DNA of 62,033 nt, the filler included. It is 3 parts of 3 records of this genome, joined end to end, with 100 filler letters (N's around TTAATTAATTAA, not from the genome) between each part and the next. Parts side by side here need not be neighbours in the genome. Positions count along the whole stretch, not along the records: positions 20,034 to 33,212 come from DRR378314_233; positions 33,313 to 62,033 come from DRR378314_238; 1 more part is not named here. The stretch is one strand, 5' to 3'. Positions within the stretch are counted from its first letter, which is position 1, and each line of letters begins with the position of its first letter. Position numbers and translations under genes: made by a program. Positions 29,979-40,600 of this stretch are shown piece by piece. The notes below the pieces were generated by a model. It had not been told where the DNA came from. It did not search any database and saw only the letters and a list, made by a program, of their open reading frames with translations.

Positions 29979-30741
29979 AGGCGGTGCGCAATTCTACGAC
30001 AGACTTCCCGAGGCGAAATGGTGCTGCAAAGCTGACCAGACACAAGGCGACGATCTGCAAGACCAGAATATGGGCGTTAGCCTGCAAATACTCCCACTCC
30101 TCCTTCAGTTTGCCAACTTGATCAATTAGATCATCGTAGCTTTGGGCAAGGATCAGATAGTCTCCGGCGATGGCAGGTACTTTGCGGCGCATGTTATCGA
30201 CGGCAGCTTGTGTGGTTTCGTCCAGAGAGGTGAAAACCAGAAACTGCTGGATATCAAAGGCATCTGCTTTGGCGGCCATGCCCCGGGCGTCTTTCATATC
30301 GTCCTTTGCGGTCTGGCCGAACAGGAAATGCAGGCCCTGCAGCGGTGCGACCTCGTTGGTGACCGCGATGAACAGCGGCAAATCGGCGTTGCTGGCGGTT
30401 GAGGCAGACAGGAACTCGACCTTTTCGCATAAAACGGCTGTATCTGGATCATAGGCCGGGTCGCAGAACCGCAGTCGGAAACGTGCGGCATCGCGATCAA
30501 AGGCCAGAGTTGCCGCGTAGGCCACGTCAATTTGCCGGTCCAGTCGCGAACTGTCCGAAGTATAGAGCCCGGCCAATACGGCCACCAGCGCGCCAATCCC
30601 GCCCAATACGACCCAAACCAGATCGGCTAGTTTCCAGGCCCGATGGCCCGCAGGTTTGCGAAACAGGAACCCCGTTCCGAGCAGACCGATCAGAAACGAA
30701 AGAATCAGTAACGGCAGTTGATTGTCGGCAATGAATGTCAT
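29854..30741 (-). CDS. Hypothetical membrane protein
   Basis: 295-aa ORF with two N-terminal and one C-terminal hydrophobic helices; its 3' end overlaps the convergent GT gene by 125 nt. Confidence 0.7.
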   Translation of the reverse strand: MTFIADNQLPLLILSFLIGLLGTGFLFRKPAGHRAWKLADLVWVVLGGIGALVAVLAGLYTSDSSRLDRQIDVAYAATLAFDRDAARFRLRFCDPAYDPDTAVLCEKVEFLSASTASNADLPLFIAVTNEVAPLQGLHFLFGQTAKDDMKDARGMAAKADAFDIQQFLVFTSLDETTQAAVDNMRRKVPAIAGDYLILAQSYDDLIDQVGKLKEEWEYLQANAHILVLQIVALCLVSFAAPFRLGKSVVELRTAFIPGTPEPASSDQPQESSASGSKDSARPAETSPDGYSVPHS

Positions 30742-30821
30742 GTGGCAGAGTGTACGGTTTGAGATGTCTCAGACAACTGTGTTCACGCGCTGTTGTATCT
30801 CGTGACACTTCGACAGCAACG

Positions 30822-31691
30822 TCAGGATCCAGAACTTTGGCCAAATTTGCGGAACAGTTTCGTCCGGTCAAACGCCTGTTCCAGTTCTTCCGTGCGTTCT
30901 TTCACGCTGTCCCAAAGACGTTCCTGCATTTCGGCGATTACGCATTCCAGCAGAACCAAAAGTGAGGCCATGGAGTCCCAAGCTGACGGAACCGCGATGC
31001 GCGCGGCGAATGTGTGTTTCGCAAGTTGGTGAATGGGGGAACGCCATTGATCCGTCAGCAGCACAACCTCGGCCCCTCGTTCGTGGCAGAGCTGCCCGAT
31101 CAGTAGGGTGGTGTTTTCGTATCGTCGCACATCCAGGGCCACCAATACGTCGCCTTCCCGCACTTCCAGCAGATCATGCGTCCAAGAGGCCGCATCAGAT
31201 AGCAGCTTTACGTCGGGACGTATCATCTGCAGGTGAAGATACAGATATTGCGCCAGTGTCCCGGTAATGCGCCCTCCGGTTATGAAAATGCGCCGATCCG
31301 GATCGCACAGCATGCGGCACAAACTGTCGAATTCTTCCGGATCCACCTCATCAATCGAACGGCGCTGGTTTTCCAGCGCCTGCCGGGAATACCGATTGAG
31401 AATATGTTCTTCCGGCAGATCATTCTGCCACACATCCCGCTTGGCAACTGGCCCCGAGATCATCTCTTTTACTTCGCCCCGGATTGCGGCTTGAAACTGG
31501 GGATAACCGCCAAATCCGGTTTTCTGCAACATCCGCGCAACCGTGGTAGTCGAAACCGAGGCGATGCTGGCCAGTTCCGTAATGCTGCCAAGGCCCGCCA
31601 TTGGATAATCATCCAGCAGCACATTCACCAACTGCCGCTCGGATGGGGTCATCGTTTCACGATGGGCAAGGAGCCTTTCAGTTACGCGCAC
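30822..31691 (-). CDS. MurR/RpiR-family transcriptional regulator
   Basis: T.SERQL, SITELA..ASVSTTTVAR...GFGGY HTH plus SIS domain (D.RRYE, TDQW.SP). Confidence 0.9.
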   Translation of the reverse strand: MRVTERLLAHRETMTPSERQLVNVLLDDYPMAGLGSITELASIASVSTTTVARMLQKTGFGGYPQFQAAIRGEVKEMISGPVAKRDVWQNDLPEEHILNRYSRQALENQRRSIDEVDPEEFDSLCRMLCDPDRRIFITGGRITGTLAQYLYLHLQMIRPDVKLLSDAASWTHDLLEVREGDVLVALDVRRYENTTLLIGQLCHERGAEVVLLTDQWRSPIHQLAKHTFAARIAVPSAWDSMASLLVLLECVIAEMQERLWDSVKERTEELEQAFDRTKLFRKFGQSSGS

Positions 31692-31734
31692 AGAATAGTC
31701 CTTTTTTAGTTGTTCGCTATCATATGTTTAAATT

Positions 31735-31810
31735 TTGACATTCGAAACAGTTGTGGTGAATTTTTTTCAGGAAAATTATTGACAGGTGAATGATGGGTGT
31801 AGAAATCTTT
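31735..31810 (+). promoter_or_regulatory. Divergent promoter region with candidate RpiR operator
   Basis: Two TTGACA boxes (31735, 31779) and a TGAA-N5-TTCA inverted repeat at 31757-31769 in an AT-rich gap. Confidence 0.4.
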
Positions 31811-31814
31811 CCCC

Positions 31815-32609
31815 ATGGAATCACCTGACAGCCTTTCGCCTGCTGGGCATCTGGATTTTGGGCCGGCCGTTCACACGCTGGAACCAACGGGTAAACCGTC
31901 GGTTATCGTGGTTTGTGAACATGCAACGCATCGGATTCCAGAGGGGTTGGAAGATTTGGGCCTAAGCCCGAAGGCCTTGCGCAGTCATATCGCGTGGGAC
32001 CCCGGTGCACTGCCGGTGGCACAAGCCATTGCACGACAGATGTCTGCAACAACGGTCTATGGGGGCGTTTCGCGGCTTGTGTATGACTGCAATCGTCCAC
32101 CTGAAGCCAGCGATGCGATGCCTTCCCAAAGTGAGGATTTCGCCATCCCAGGGAACGCTTCTTTGTCTGAAAGCGAACGCAAGGCGCGGGTCGATAAAAT
32201 CTATCGGCCTTTTTGCGCCGAACTTGCAGGGATGTTGGACCGCTATCGGGATACGCTAGAGTTGATGGTGACAATCCACAGCTTTACACCGGTCTATCGC
32301 GGGTACAACCGGTCTGTTGAATTAGGCCTGCTGCATGGTGAAGACGATCGCTTTGCTTTGAAAATGCTGGAAAATACGCCTTCAGACCTGCCGCTGGTTA
32401 CGCGCCTGAATGAGCCGTATTCAGCCTTAGACGGTGTGGCGCATACGCTGGATTGTCATGCCGCACCTCGCGGATTGCTGAACGTCATGATCGAAATTCG
32501 CAACGACCTGGTTGAAACGCCGGAACAACAACAGGCCATAGCCAATGATCTGGTTCCTTGGATAGACAAAACGCTGAGCGTCCTTCGGGGCGAGGACGTC
32601 GTGCAATGA
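31815..32609 (+). CDS. N-formylglutamate amidohydrolase family protein
   Basis: VCEHA, HIAWDPGA, SRLVYDCNRP, TIHSFTP, NEPYS and MIEIRND motifs. Confidence 0.9.
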   Translation: MESPDSLSPAGHLDFGPAVHTLEPTGKPSVIVVCEHATHRIPEGLEDLGLSPKALRSHIAWDPGALPVAQAIARQMSATTVYGGVSRLVYDCNRPPEASDAMPSQSEDFAIPGNASLSESERKARVDKIYRPFCAELAGMLDRYRDTLELMVTIHSFTPVYRGYNRSVELGLLHGEDDRFALKMLENTPSDLPLVTRLNEPYSALDGVAHTLDCHAAPRGLLNVMIEIRNDLVETPEQQQAIANDLVPWIDKTLSVLRGEDVVQ

Positions 32610-33187
32610 AGTTGATGGCCGCATATGTGCGCATGGTCGATGCGATGAATTATCGGATCGGGCGGATCATGATGTGGGGCCTGTTTGTGATGATGGGTAT
32701 CCTGCTGTGGTCCTCGATTTCGAAAACCTTCTTTCTGCCGTCTCTCTGGACGTTGGAAATGGCGCAGTTTGCGATGGTGACCTACTACATCATCGGAGGT
32801 CCGTACTCGATCCAGATGGGCTCGAACGTACGCATGGATCTTTTCTATCATAACTGGAGCCCGCGTCGGAAAGCATGGTTCGACGCTTGTACGGTGCTGT
32901 TGCTTATTCTCTATCTCGGTGTGCTGTTCTATGGGGGGCTGGGTTCGACGGCCTACAGCCTGGGATATTGGGGGGATGAGCCGGTTGCCTACTTCACAGG
33001 GCTCGTCACCGGAAGCGAGGAAATCGGAAGACTCGAACGCTCATCCACGGCGTGGCGACCCTATATTTGGCCGGTTAAGGCGATCATGGTGTTCGGTTTC
33101 TTCCTGATGCTGCTGCAGGCAATTTCCGAGTTTTTCAAAGACATTGCGCGGATCAACGGGCAGGAAATCGGGGTCAGGCGGGCATGA
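32606..33187 (+). CDS. TRAP transporter small permease (DctQ)
   Basis: 4 TM helices, WTLE, VRMDLFY, LLQAISE; ATGA coupling to the upstream gene. Confidence 0.88.
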   Translation: MKLMAAYVRMVDAMNYRIGRIMMWGLFVMMGILLWSSISKTFFLPSLWTLEMAQFAMVTYYIIGGPYSIQMGSNVRMDLFYHNWSPRRKAWFDACTVLLLILYLGVLFYGGLGSTAYSLGYWGDEPVAYFTGLVTGSEEIGRLERSSTAWRPYIWPVKAIMVFGFFLMLLQAISEFFKDIARINGQEIGVRRA

Positions 33188-33212
33188 GCCAGGAATATAT
33201 CGCCATCTTCAT
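33184..33212 (+). CDS. Start of probable TRAP large permease (DctM), truncated
   Basis: ATGA-coupled ORF MSQEYIAIF... running to the contig end; identity from synteny only. Confidence 0.55.
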
Positions 33213-33312
33213 NNNNNNNNNNNNNNNNNNNNNNNNNNNNNNNNNNNNNNNNNNNNTTAATTAATTAANNNNNNNNNNNNNNNNNNNNNNNNNNNNNNNN
33301 NNNNNNNNNNNN
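33213..33312. other. Artificial contig-joining spacer
   Basis: 44 N + TTAATTAATTAA + 44 N; visibly GC-rich DNA before it and AT-rich DNA after it. Confidence 0.99.
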
Positions 33313-33390
33313 GAAAAGCCCCGATTTGAAGGCGAACAACAGTGCCACCAGGCCCAATAAAATTAATACTATGCTAATTTTTTGTCTCAT
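33313..33390 (-). CDS. N-terminus of a secreted or membrane protein, truncated
   Basis: ATG 33390 gives MRQKISIVLILLGLVALLFAFKSGLF..., open to the contig edge. Confidence 0.55.
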
Positions 33391-33479
33391 GAAGGAACTA
33401 TCATATTATAAGGGCTATTTCATAGTTTTAACATCTTTAATAGTGCATAATATATATTGAAATAAACTAAATACCGTCA

Positions 33480-34874
33480 TTACATCCCCATTATTATGGA
33501 AGGTCGATTTTCTTTTTTGGCAAAACTTGCCACCTCATCTTCGGTTATTGCTGTTCCCCAAGCGTATACCCGTTCCAATCCTTTCATTCTTATAAAATTC
33601 TCAAAACTGGATGACGTAATTTTAGTTTGATATAGATTAAGGCCCGTTATACTTTGAATCCCTGTAATTTCAGAAATACCTACGTCTGTTATCGGATTTT
33701 TTTCCAGCTCAACTTTTTGAAGGTTTACAAATTGACCGATGGTTTTTAAATGCCTGTCCTGCACATCATTGTCCTTGAGGGAAAGCCAGATAATGTTGTC
33801 CTTCATGGGAAGAAGCTTTTCCAGCTTTCCGTCCAATTCAGTGCTGTTCCCGGAACTAATAAAATTAGGGGGCAGCACAACCTCGTACAGACCGGATTCA
33901 AATATTAATTCCCGAACTTTGAACCCCTCACCCGTAATATCCTTCAATATTTCCTCATTTATTTGGCTCACTTTAGGCAAGGGTATTCCGCTTTTACCGG
34001 TCACATCTTCCAAGCCCAACATGTTAGAGGCGATACTCGTTATCTCCTCTGGAGTTTCCAAATCCCCCATTTTTATCTCAAAGTCCGCATTGGCCTTTTC
34101 TATCCAGAAGGACAAAATTGATTTCTCCTCATCAGTAAGAGGAGTCTTACCTTCAGGAGGCATATAATCCTCATGGTGGGGATCCAGCATTGTACGTCTG
34201 ATCATCTCGGACTTAGCAACATTTCCAGCTATAAAAACTTCCCCATTCTTACCTCCTTTTTTGATAGCAACGGAATCCTGAAAGGAGAGTCCTCCCTTTT
34301 TCTTGCTGGAATTATGGCAACTATTGCACTTGGTTTCCAAAATAGGATTTACCAAATAATCGTAGACCGCAGCTTCCTCTAGTTTGTCGATTGGCGGCAA
34401 TACCACCTTTTCCGTTCTTCCAAATGGGGCATATTTTACCAAATAATCGCTTCCGTGGGTCAAATTACCCCCATAATGACCGGTAATAGCCACCAAAATA
34501 ACCACAAGGGTCAGACCAGCTATATTGGCCTTTAAACCATTTAATTTTGGTATATGAAGCTTGCCCGAAAGAATGGACCATGCTAGAAATGCGACCAGAG
34601 TAGTTGCTATTCCAAACCAAAAATGAGTATCCAACATATCCTGCTCATAGTCCCCGCTCAAGGAGAGCATATACCCCAGGACACTGGCTACAGCGGCACT
34701 TATGGCTCCACCCAACAAGGCAAATTCAATTGCCATGGAAACCGCGAAATCCCTTTTCCAACGCCCATAAAGTTCCAAGACAAAGGCAAAAATTAAGAAT
34801 CCAATGGGCAAATGCACCACTAGTGGGTGAAATCTACCTAAAAACAATATAAAATCCGGCACAGTACTTTCCAT
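33480..34874 (-). CDS. DUF2231-like membrane domain + planctomycete-type cytochrome c + LRR protein
   Basis: GRFHPLVVHLPIG...H...GHYGGNLTHG in 4 TM helices; CNSCH heme motif with MPPEGK...WI; C-terminal LRRs (ITDVG, LNLYQTKIT). Confidence 0.85.
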   Translation of the reverse strand: MESTVPDFILFLGRFHPLVVHLPIGFLIFAFVLELYGRWKRDFAVSMAIEFALLGGAISAAVASVLGYMLSLSGDYEQDMLDTHFWFGIATTLVAFLAWSILSGKLHIPKLNGLKANIAGLTLVVILVAITGHYGGNLTHGSDYLVKYAPFGRTEKVVLPPIDKLEEAAVYDYLVNPILETKCNSCHNSSKKKGGLSFQDSVAIKKGGKNGEVFIAGNVAKSEMIRRTMLDPHHEDYMPPEGKTPLTDEEKSILSFWIEKANADFEIKMGDLETPEEITSIASNMLGLEDVTGKSGIPLPKVSQINEEILKDITGEGFKVRELIFESGLYEVVLPPNFISSGNSTELDGKLEKLLPMKDNIIWLSLKDNDVQDRHLKTIGQFVNLQKVELEKNPITDVGISEITGIQSITGLNLYQTKITSSSFENFIRMKGLERVYAWGTAITEDEVASFAKKENRPSIIMGM

Positions 34875-34913
34875 AGTTAACTTTTAATTCTCTTGAATTC
34901 TAGTAATATCTTT

Positions 34914-36023
34914 TTATACCCTCTCCAATTTTATTGGGGCCGTATTATAGGCGTTCCACTGACATACATATAAATTTTTGTCCGGATCCACAAAAACATC
35001 GTGCCCATGATTAAAAATCGGCACCTTGGAATTATGCATGGTTTGGAGTTCCCCATCAATATAATTGGGAGCCTCGCCCCCAGGATTGGAAACCACCTTG
35101 TTTTTACCGTCCAATATGGTTACAAATCCAGTATCCCTGACCCATTTTTTACCATCCCTAGTTTCTGACCAGCACACTCCGGAATAAATATTCTCCTCAT
35201 CCAAAACAGCTCTGCAAACAAAGGCACCGGGCAAATTCAAAGTTTTGATATATTTTCCCTCCAGCGTGAAAAATTTAAAGGCGTTTTCTGTTCTTGAAGT
35301 TACTACTAATACCGGATTATTACTATCGCGATAATCAACAGCTACCCCGTGGGCATTTACTAAATTATAGTTTTTATCGTCATTATTTTTTCCTCCCCAT
35401 TTTCGAATAAATTCGCCCTTGTCATTGAATTGAAGGATATAATCCGATCCGTAACCATCGGCCACATATATATCCCCATTTGGTCCTATGGCCGTTTCCG
35501 TAGGCATATAGGCTTCCTCCTGTTTATATACCCCAATGGTATGCGGATGCGGTAAGGGAAAAATTAAGCGCCCATCAATTGTAGTCTTAAATACCTGACC
35601 GGCCTGTGCATGGTATTTTCCAGATTTATCCACAAAATATCCACAATCTACAATATAAAGCACATCCTCCCCTCCTTCGTTGTGCAGGGTTAAACCATGT
35701 CCCCCAGGGTAACCAGTACCCCAATAGTCCAGTAATTTACCTGATTTGTCAAATACCAAAATATTATTGTCCGTATGATCACCGATCATTAACAACCTTC
35801 CTTTGCTATCCATTTGCATTTCATGACAATTAAGGATAGGATTATGTGCGGTGGAAATTTTTGCCCAGTCTTTGTGAACCTTATATTTAAAATCTCCGTG
35901 ACCAACAATATTGTCCTCTTGATTTCCTTTTTTAAAAATATGAAAACCAAAGGACGGGGTTGCTGCCAGTGCCGTTCCCAACATCGCGGTATGGCCTATA
36001 AATTTTCTTCTCGAATTGTTCAT
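34914..36023 (-). CDS. Tat-exported NHL-repeat six-bladed beta-propeller (PAL/peptidylglycine lyase-like)
   Basis: SRRKFIG twin-arginine signal; HGL, PTETA..P.GDIYVADGYG, AHGVAVD and HGHDV motifs. Confidence 0.8.
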   Translation of the reverse strand: MNNSRRKFIGHTAMLGTALAATPSFGFHIFKKGNQEDNIVGHGDFKYKVHKDWAKISTAHNPILNCHEMQMDSKGRLLMIGDHTDNNILVFDKSGKLLDYWGTGYPGGHGLTLHNEGGEDVLYIVDCGYFVDKSGKYHAQAGQVFKTTIDGRLIFPLPHPHTIGVYKQEEAYMPTETAIGPNGDIYVADGYGSDYILQFNDKGEFIRKWGGKNNDDKNYNLVNAHGVAVDYRDSNNPVLVVTSRTENAFKFFTLEGKYIKTLNLPGAFVCRAVLDEENIYSGVCWSETRDGKKWVRDTGFVTILDGKNKVVSNPGGEAPNYIDGELQTMHNSKVPIFNHGHDVFVDPDKNLYVCQWNAYNTAPIKLERV

Positions 36024-36055
36024 TTAATTTTTAATTTAGGTCGATGTGTTTTGAC

Positions 36056-37567
36056 TTAGGTAAGAATATCTTTCACCACATCCCCATGTACATCAGTAAG
36101 TCTAAACCTACGTCCTTGATGTTTATAGGTCAATCTTTCGTGATCTATTCCAAATAAATGCAATAAGGTAGCCTGAAAATCGTGGGTATGTACTGGATCT
36201 TTGATAATGTTATAGCCAAAATCATCGGTCTCGCCATAGGTGAATCCCGGTTTCACCCCTGCCCCTGCCATGAACATGGTAAAGGCCTTCGGATGGTGGT
36301 CACGTCCGTAGTTCGTTTCAGTGAGCTGACCTTGGGAATAGACTGTACGTCCAAACTCTCCGCCCCACACCACCAAGGTATCTTCCAGCATGCCCCGTTG
36401 TTTTAAATCCTTTATCAAGGCCGCGGTTCCCTGATCTGTATTTTTGCTCTGATATTTTACTCCCCCTGGGCAATTGCCATGTTGATCCCAACCTTGATGG
36501 TATAATTGAACAAATTTCACATCCTTTTCCAATAATTTACGGGCCATCAAACAATTTGCCGCATAAGTTCCGGGGTTTCTACTATCGGGACCGTACATAT
36601 CAAAAATATGGTCGGGCTCGTCCGAGGTATCCGTTACCTCGGGTACGGAGGTCTGCATTCTATAGGCCATTTCATACTGTGCTATCCTAGCATTGATTTC
36701 GGGATCTCCAAAGGCGTCATAGGCCATCCCATTCAATTTTTTCAAATAATCCAGCATTTGTCGGCGATCATTTCCGTCATAATTCTCAGGGTCTCCCAAA
36801 TAAAGTACCGGGTCCTTGCCCGATCGGAACTGTACCCCCTGATGTTCTGTAGGCAAAAAGCCGTTGCCCCATAAACGGGAGTACAAGGGCTGCCCAGAAC
36901 CATTTTTGGAAACCAAGGAAATAAAAGTTGGCAAATTATCATTGTCCGACCCTAATCCGTAGCTGATCCAAGAACCTATGGATGGTCTCCCCGGCTGTTG
37001 ACTTCCGGTTTGAAAAAAGGTTATGGCCGGGTCATGGTTAATGGCATCGGTATGCATTCCCTTAATAAAGCAAAGATCATCCACAACCTCAGACAAATAG
37101 GGCATTGCATCACTGACCCACGCCCTAGATTCCCCATACTGCTTAAAATTTAGGGTAGATGCGGCAATGGGAAAGGCCGTTTGATCGGCGCTCATCCCAG
37201 TAAGGCGCTGCCCGGCCCTTATGGAATCTGGCAAGTCCTTACCAAACATATCCTTTAACTTAGGCTTGTAATCGAAAAGATCCAATTGCGAAGGACCACC
37301 ACTTTGAAAAAGGTACACTATGCGCTTTGCTTTTGGCAGATGATGCGGTAAACCCAATTTATTTTTAGTGAAGGCATTCAAGGAATTCCTTTGGGCAGAG
37401 GCCGGATCCACAGCACTCCACATCTTTTCTGTATTCAATAGGGAACCAAGGGCCATAGCCCCAATACCAAGGGAGGTCTTTTTAAAGAACTCCCTTCTAT
37501 CCCATTGTTTTTCGATGCTCTGAAGATCCCGATTATTAGATCTTAATTTATCATGATGATCGCACAT
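36056..37567 (-). CDS. DUF1501 family protein (Tat-exported, sulfatase/alkaline-phosphatase-like)
   Basis: DRREFF Tat motif; FQSGGPSQLDLFDYKP, GWDQH, WGGEFGRT, GRDHHP and RLTDVHG motifs. Confidence 0.9.
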   Translation of the reverse strand: MCDHHDKLRSNNRDLQSIEKQWDRREFFKKTSLGIGAMALGSLLNTEKMWSAVDPASAQRNSLNAFTKNKLGLPHHLPKAKRIVYLFQSGGPSQLDLFDYKPKLKDMFGKDLPDSIRAGQRLTGMSADQTAFPIAASTLNFKQYGESRAWVSDAMPYLSEVVDDLCFIKGMHTDAINHDPAITFFQTGSQQPGRPSIGSWISYGLGSDNDNLPTFISLVSKNGSGQPLYSRLWGNGFLPTEHQGVQFRSGKDPVLYLGDPENYDGNDRRQMLDYLKKLNGMAYDAFGDPEINARIAQYEMAYRMQTSVPEVTDTSDEPDHIFDMYGPDSRNPGTYAANCLMARKLLEKDVKFVQLYHQGWDQHGNCPGGVKYQSKNTDQGTAALIKDLKQRGMLEDTLVVWGGEFGRTVYSQGQLTETNYGRDHHPKAFTMFMAGAGVKPGFTYGETDDFGYNIIKDPVHTHDFQATLLHLFGIDHERLTYKHQGRRFRLTDVHGDVVKDILT

Positions 37568-37601
37568 ATCCTCCTATTTAATTCTGCAATTCTTTAACTT
37601 T

Positions 37602-40600
37602 TTATCTTTTAGTAATACAGGCGTCGGCATTCATAATGGTGTTGGCCACCACGGCATTGGCGGCAACCAAAGCCTTATCATCACCATTCTCCAATTTAAA
37701 TTCACCTGTATTCAGCCATCCTTTTGTTCTTTCCAAGTTGGCCGCAAATTTCTTATATTCATTCTCCTGAAGTTCAACCAGCAATTGCAGCTCATCCTCC
37801 TTAATTTTCCTCCCGGTAAGCTGCCTAAAAACATTGGAGATGGCCAATTTTAAATCTCCCAAATCGCTCATACGCTTGCCCAAGACCCTGGATGCTTCAA
37901 TATAAGTTGGATCATTCAGCAATACCAAAGCCTGTAACGGGGTATTGGTCTCCTGTCGCTGAATGGTACATACATCCCGCGCTGGAGCATCAAAGGTAGC
38001 CAAAGTAGGATGGGGCACGGAACGTTTCCATATGGTGTACATACTTCTTCGGTAAAGTTTATCCCCGGTATCCTGCCTGTAGGTAGCGTTGTTCACCCTC
38101 CATAGCCCTTCCGGTTGGTACGGACTTACACTTTCCCCTCCTATGGTTTTGTTCAGCAATCCGGAACTGGCCAGGGCATTATCGCGCAGCATCTCTCCGG
38201 ATAGCCTTTTGGAAGGTCCTCTTGCCAAAAGTCTGTTGTCGATATCCATTTCCATCAATTCCTCACTTACCATGGAAGATTGTTGATAGGTATGCGACAT
38301 CACTATCAATTTTTGAAATGCCTTAACATCCCATCCCGAATCTCTAAATTCCAAGGCCAGCCAATCCAGTAATTTGGCGTGACTTGGCATTTCGCCCTGA
38401 TTCCCAAAATCTTCCGAAGTCTTTACCAGGCCATACCCAAAGTAATGTTGCCAAAACCTATTCACCGCCACTCTTGCAGTAAGGGGATGGTCCTCATGAA
38501 ACAACCATTGGGCAAATCCCAATCGGTTTTTTGGATAATCCTCGGGCATGGGTAAAATAGCTTTAGGGGTATTGGGAAACACTTCCTCTCCCCTGGCGTT
38601 ATACACTCCCCTATCCAAAATGTAGGACGGCACCGGTTCAGGAGTTTCCTCCATGACCATTACCTCTTTTACCTTTTCCACACTATCCACATAACTCTTG
38701 CGTAATTCTGCCAGTTTATGGTGCTGTAATTTGGTGGCTTGGGAAACCGACTTCAAATAGTGCTCCTGCAGTAATTTTTTATCATTGGAAGCAAGACTTG
38801 CTTTCTCCCTTTTTAGCAATTCATTTAGTAGAGGATTATTGGCAAGTTGCATAACCTCCACAGCAGACAAATCCCTATCATACACCCTTATCTCATCTAC
38901 CACAGCTCCTTTTATCCCTTTACCCCTTAATCTTGCCCCCAATTGCAAGCCTGGTTCATTGTTATTCCTAAATAAAATGTCCTTGTACAGATTATCCGTT
39001 TTCACAGTGGTCTCCATCTCCTTACCATTAACAAACAACCTATAACCTTCGGCCTTGCTGGAACCATTATAAGTGATGGCAAAATGCACCCATTCATCCC
39101 TGGGAAACCCTTCTTTTGTAAGCTCTACAATGGCATTATTGGGTGCCGTATGCGCCATCATGAGTTCCAATTTATTGTCCACAATCTTTAGATGATAGCC
39201 ACGCCAATTGTACAAAATGGCCCCATCGCCCTTGTGGAAAATATTCCCGTTCTCGATATTCGAGGGTATATTTGCCCATAGACCTATACTGAAGGCATCA
39301 TTTCTTCCGAAAACAGCTGCCTTTCTCAAATCAAGCCAAGTATCTCCATCCAACAATACTCCTTTGCCCTGTTTTCCTTCAGATAAATTTATTTTTTGTC
39401 CTTCCGTACCTTCCCGCTTCATGGTTCCCCTATGCTTTGGGTTGATGACATTTTGCAAACTTTGATCATTTAGATTGAAATAAGCTTTTAATCCGTTTGA
39501 AGGAATTTTTATATCTAAGGATTGGTATTGCTCTTCCAATAGCCATTTATCAAAATTGACAGCCACTTCCTCCTCTTCCATTTTTTTGATCTCCCCTTCG
39601 GTTTCTTCAATTAAACTTTCCATATAGGACAGTACCTTTTCCTCCTCTTCGGTGGTCAACATTAAGGTTGGAACCGGAGTGGCATCATTCCAAGAAATCT
39701 GCCCCGATTCGTTCACATTATTGAAAAAACTGGTGAGTTCATAAAAATCCTTATGTGATATGGGATCATATTTATGATCGTGGCATCTGGCACAGGCTAC
39801 GGTTAACCCCATAAAAGCCTGCCCGGCTGTACTTGCACGGTCTACCGCATATTCTACCAAAAACTCTTCACTTACTATACCCCCCTCCATATTTTGCGGA
39901 TGAACACGGTTGAAGGCTGTTGCCAAAATAGTTTCCCGAGTAGGATTTTCAATAAGATCACCTGCCATTTGCCAGGTTATAAACTGTTCATAGGACATAT
40001 TTTTATTGAAGGCATCTATAACCCAATCACGCCAAGGGGACATATCCCGATATCTATCAACACTATATCCGTGAGTATCCGCAAACCTCGACAAGTCCAT
40101 CCAATCCAAGGCCATTTGCTCTCCATAGTGGGGAGAGTCCAATAATTTGTCTACTACCTTTTCGTAAGCCTCGGGAGAAGGATCTTTCATAAATGAATCC
40201 ATCTCCTCCAAAGTCGGTGGTAATCCCGTTAGATCCAGATAAAGTCTTCTCAACAATAATTCTTTGTCTGCTTTTGGAGAGAACTCCAATTTATCCTGCT
40301 CCAAACGTGCCAAAACAAAATTGTCGATAGGATTTTGTACCAGACCTGCCTTATCCTGGACTTTTGGGACATCGTATTCTTTCGGCTTTATAAAAGCCCA
40401 ATGATCTTTATACTCGGCGCCCTGCTCTATCCATTTTATCAAGATTGCCTTCTCATGATCGGATAACGAAAGATGGGAATCCGGTTCCGGCATTACATAG
40501 TTGGGGTCATCTGACATAATTCTGTGGAAAACCTCACTTTTATTTAAATTCCCAGGCTTTAAGGCAAATTTTCCTGGAGATTCCTTCAGCTCCTTATAGG

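Noticed and set aside
19934-33312. Apparent GC-rich genomic island with an IS and a tRNA at its edge
   Set aside because: It is bounded by artificial spacers and contains core genes (efp, cobQ, ygfZ); it is a different organism's contig, not horizontal transfer.
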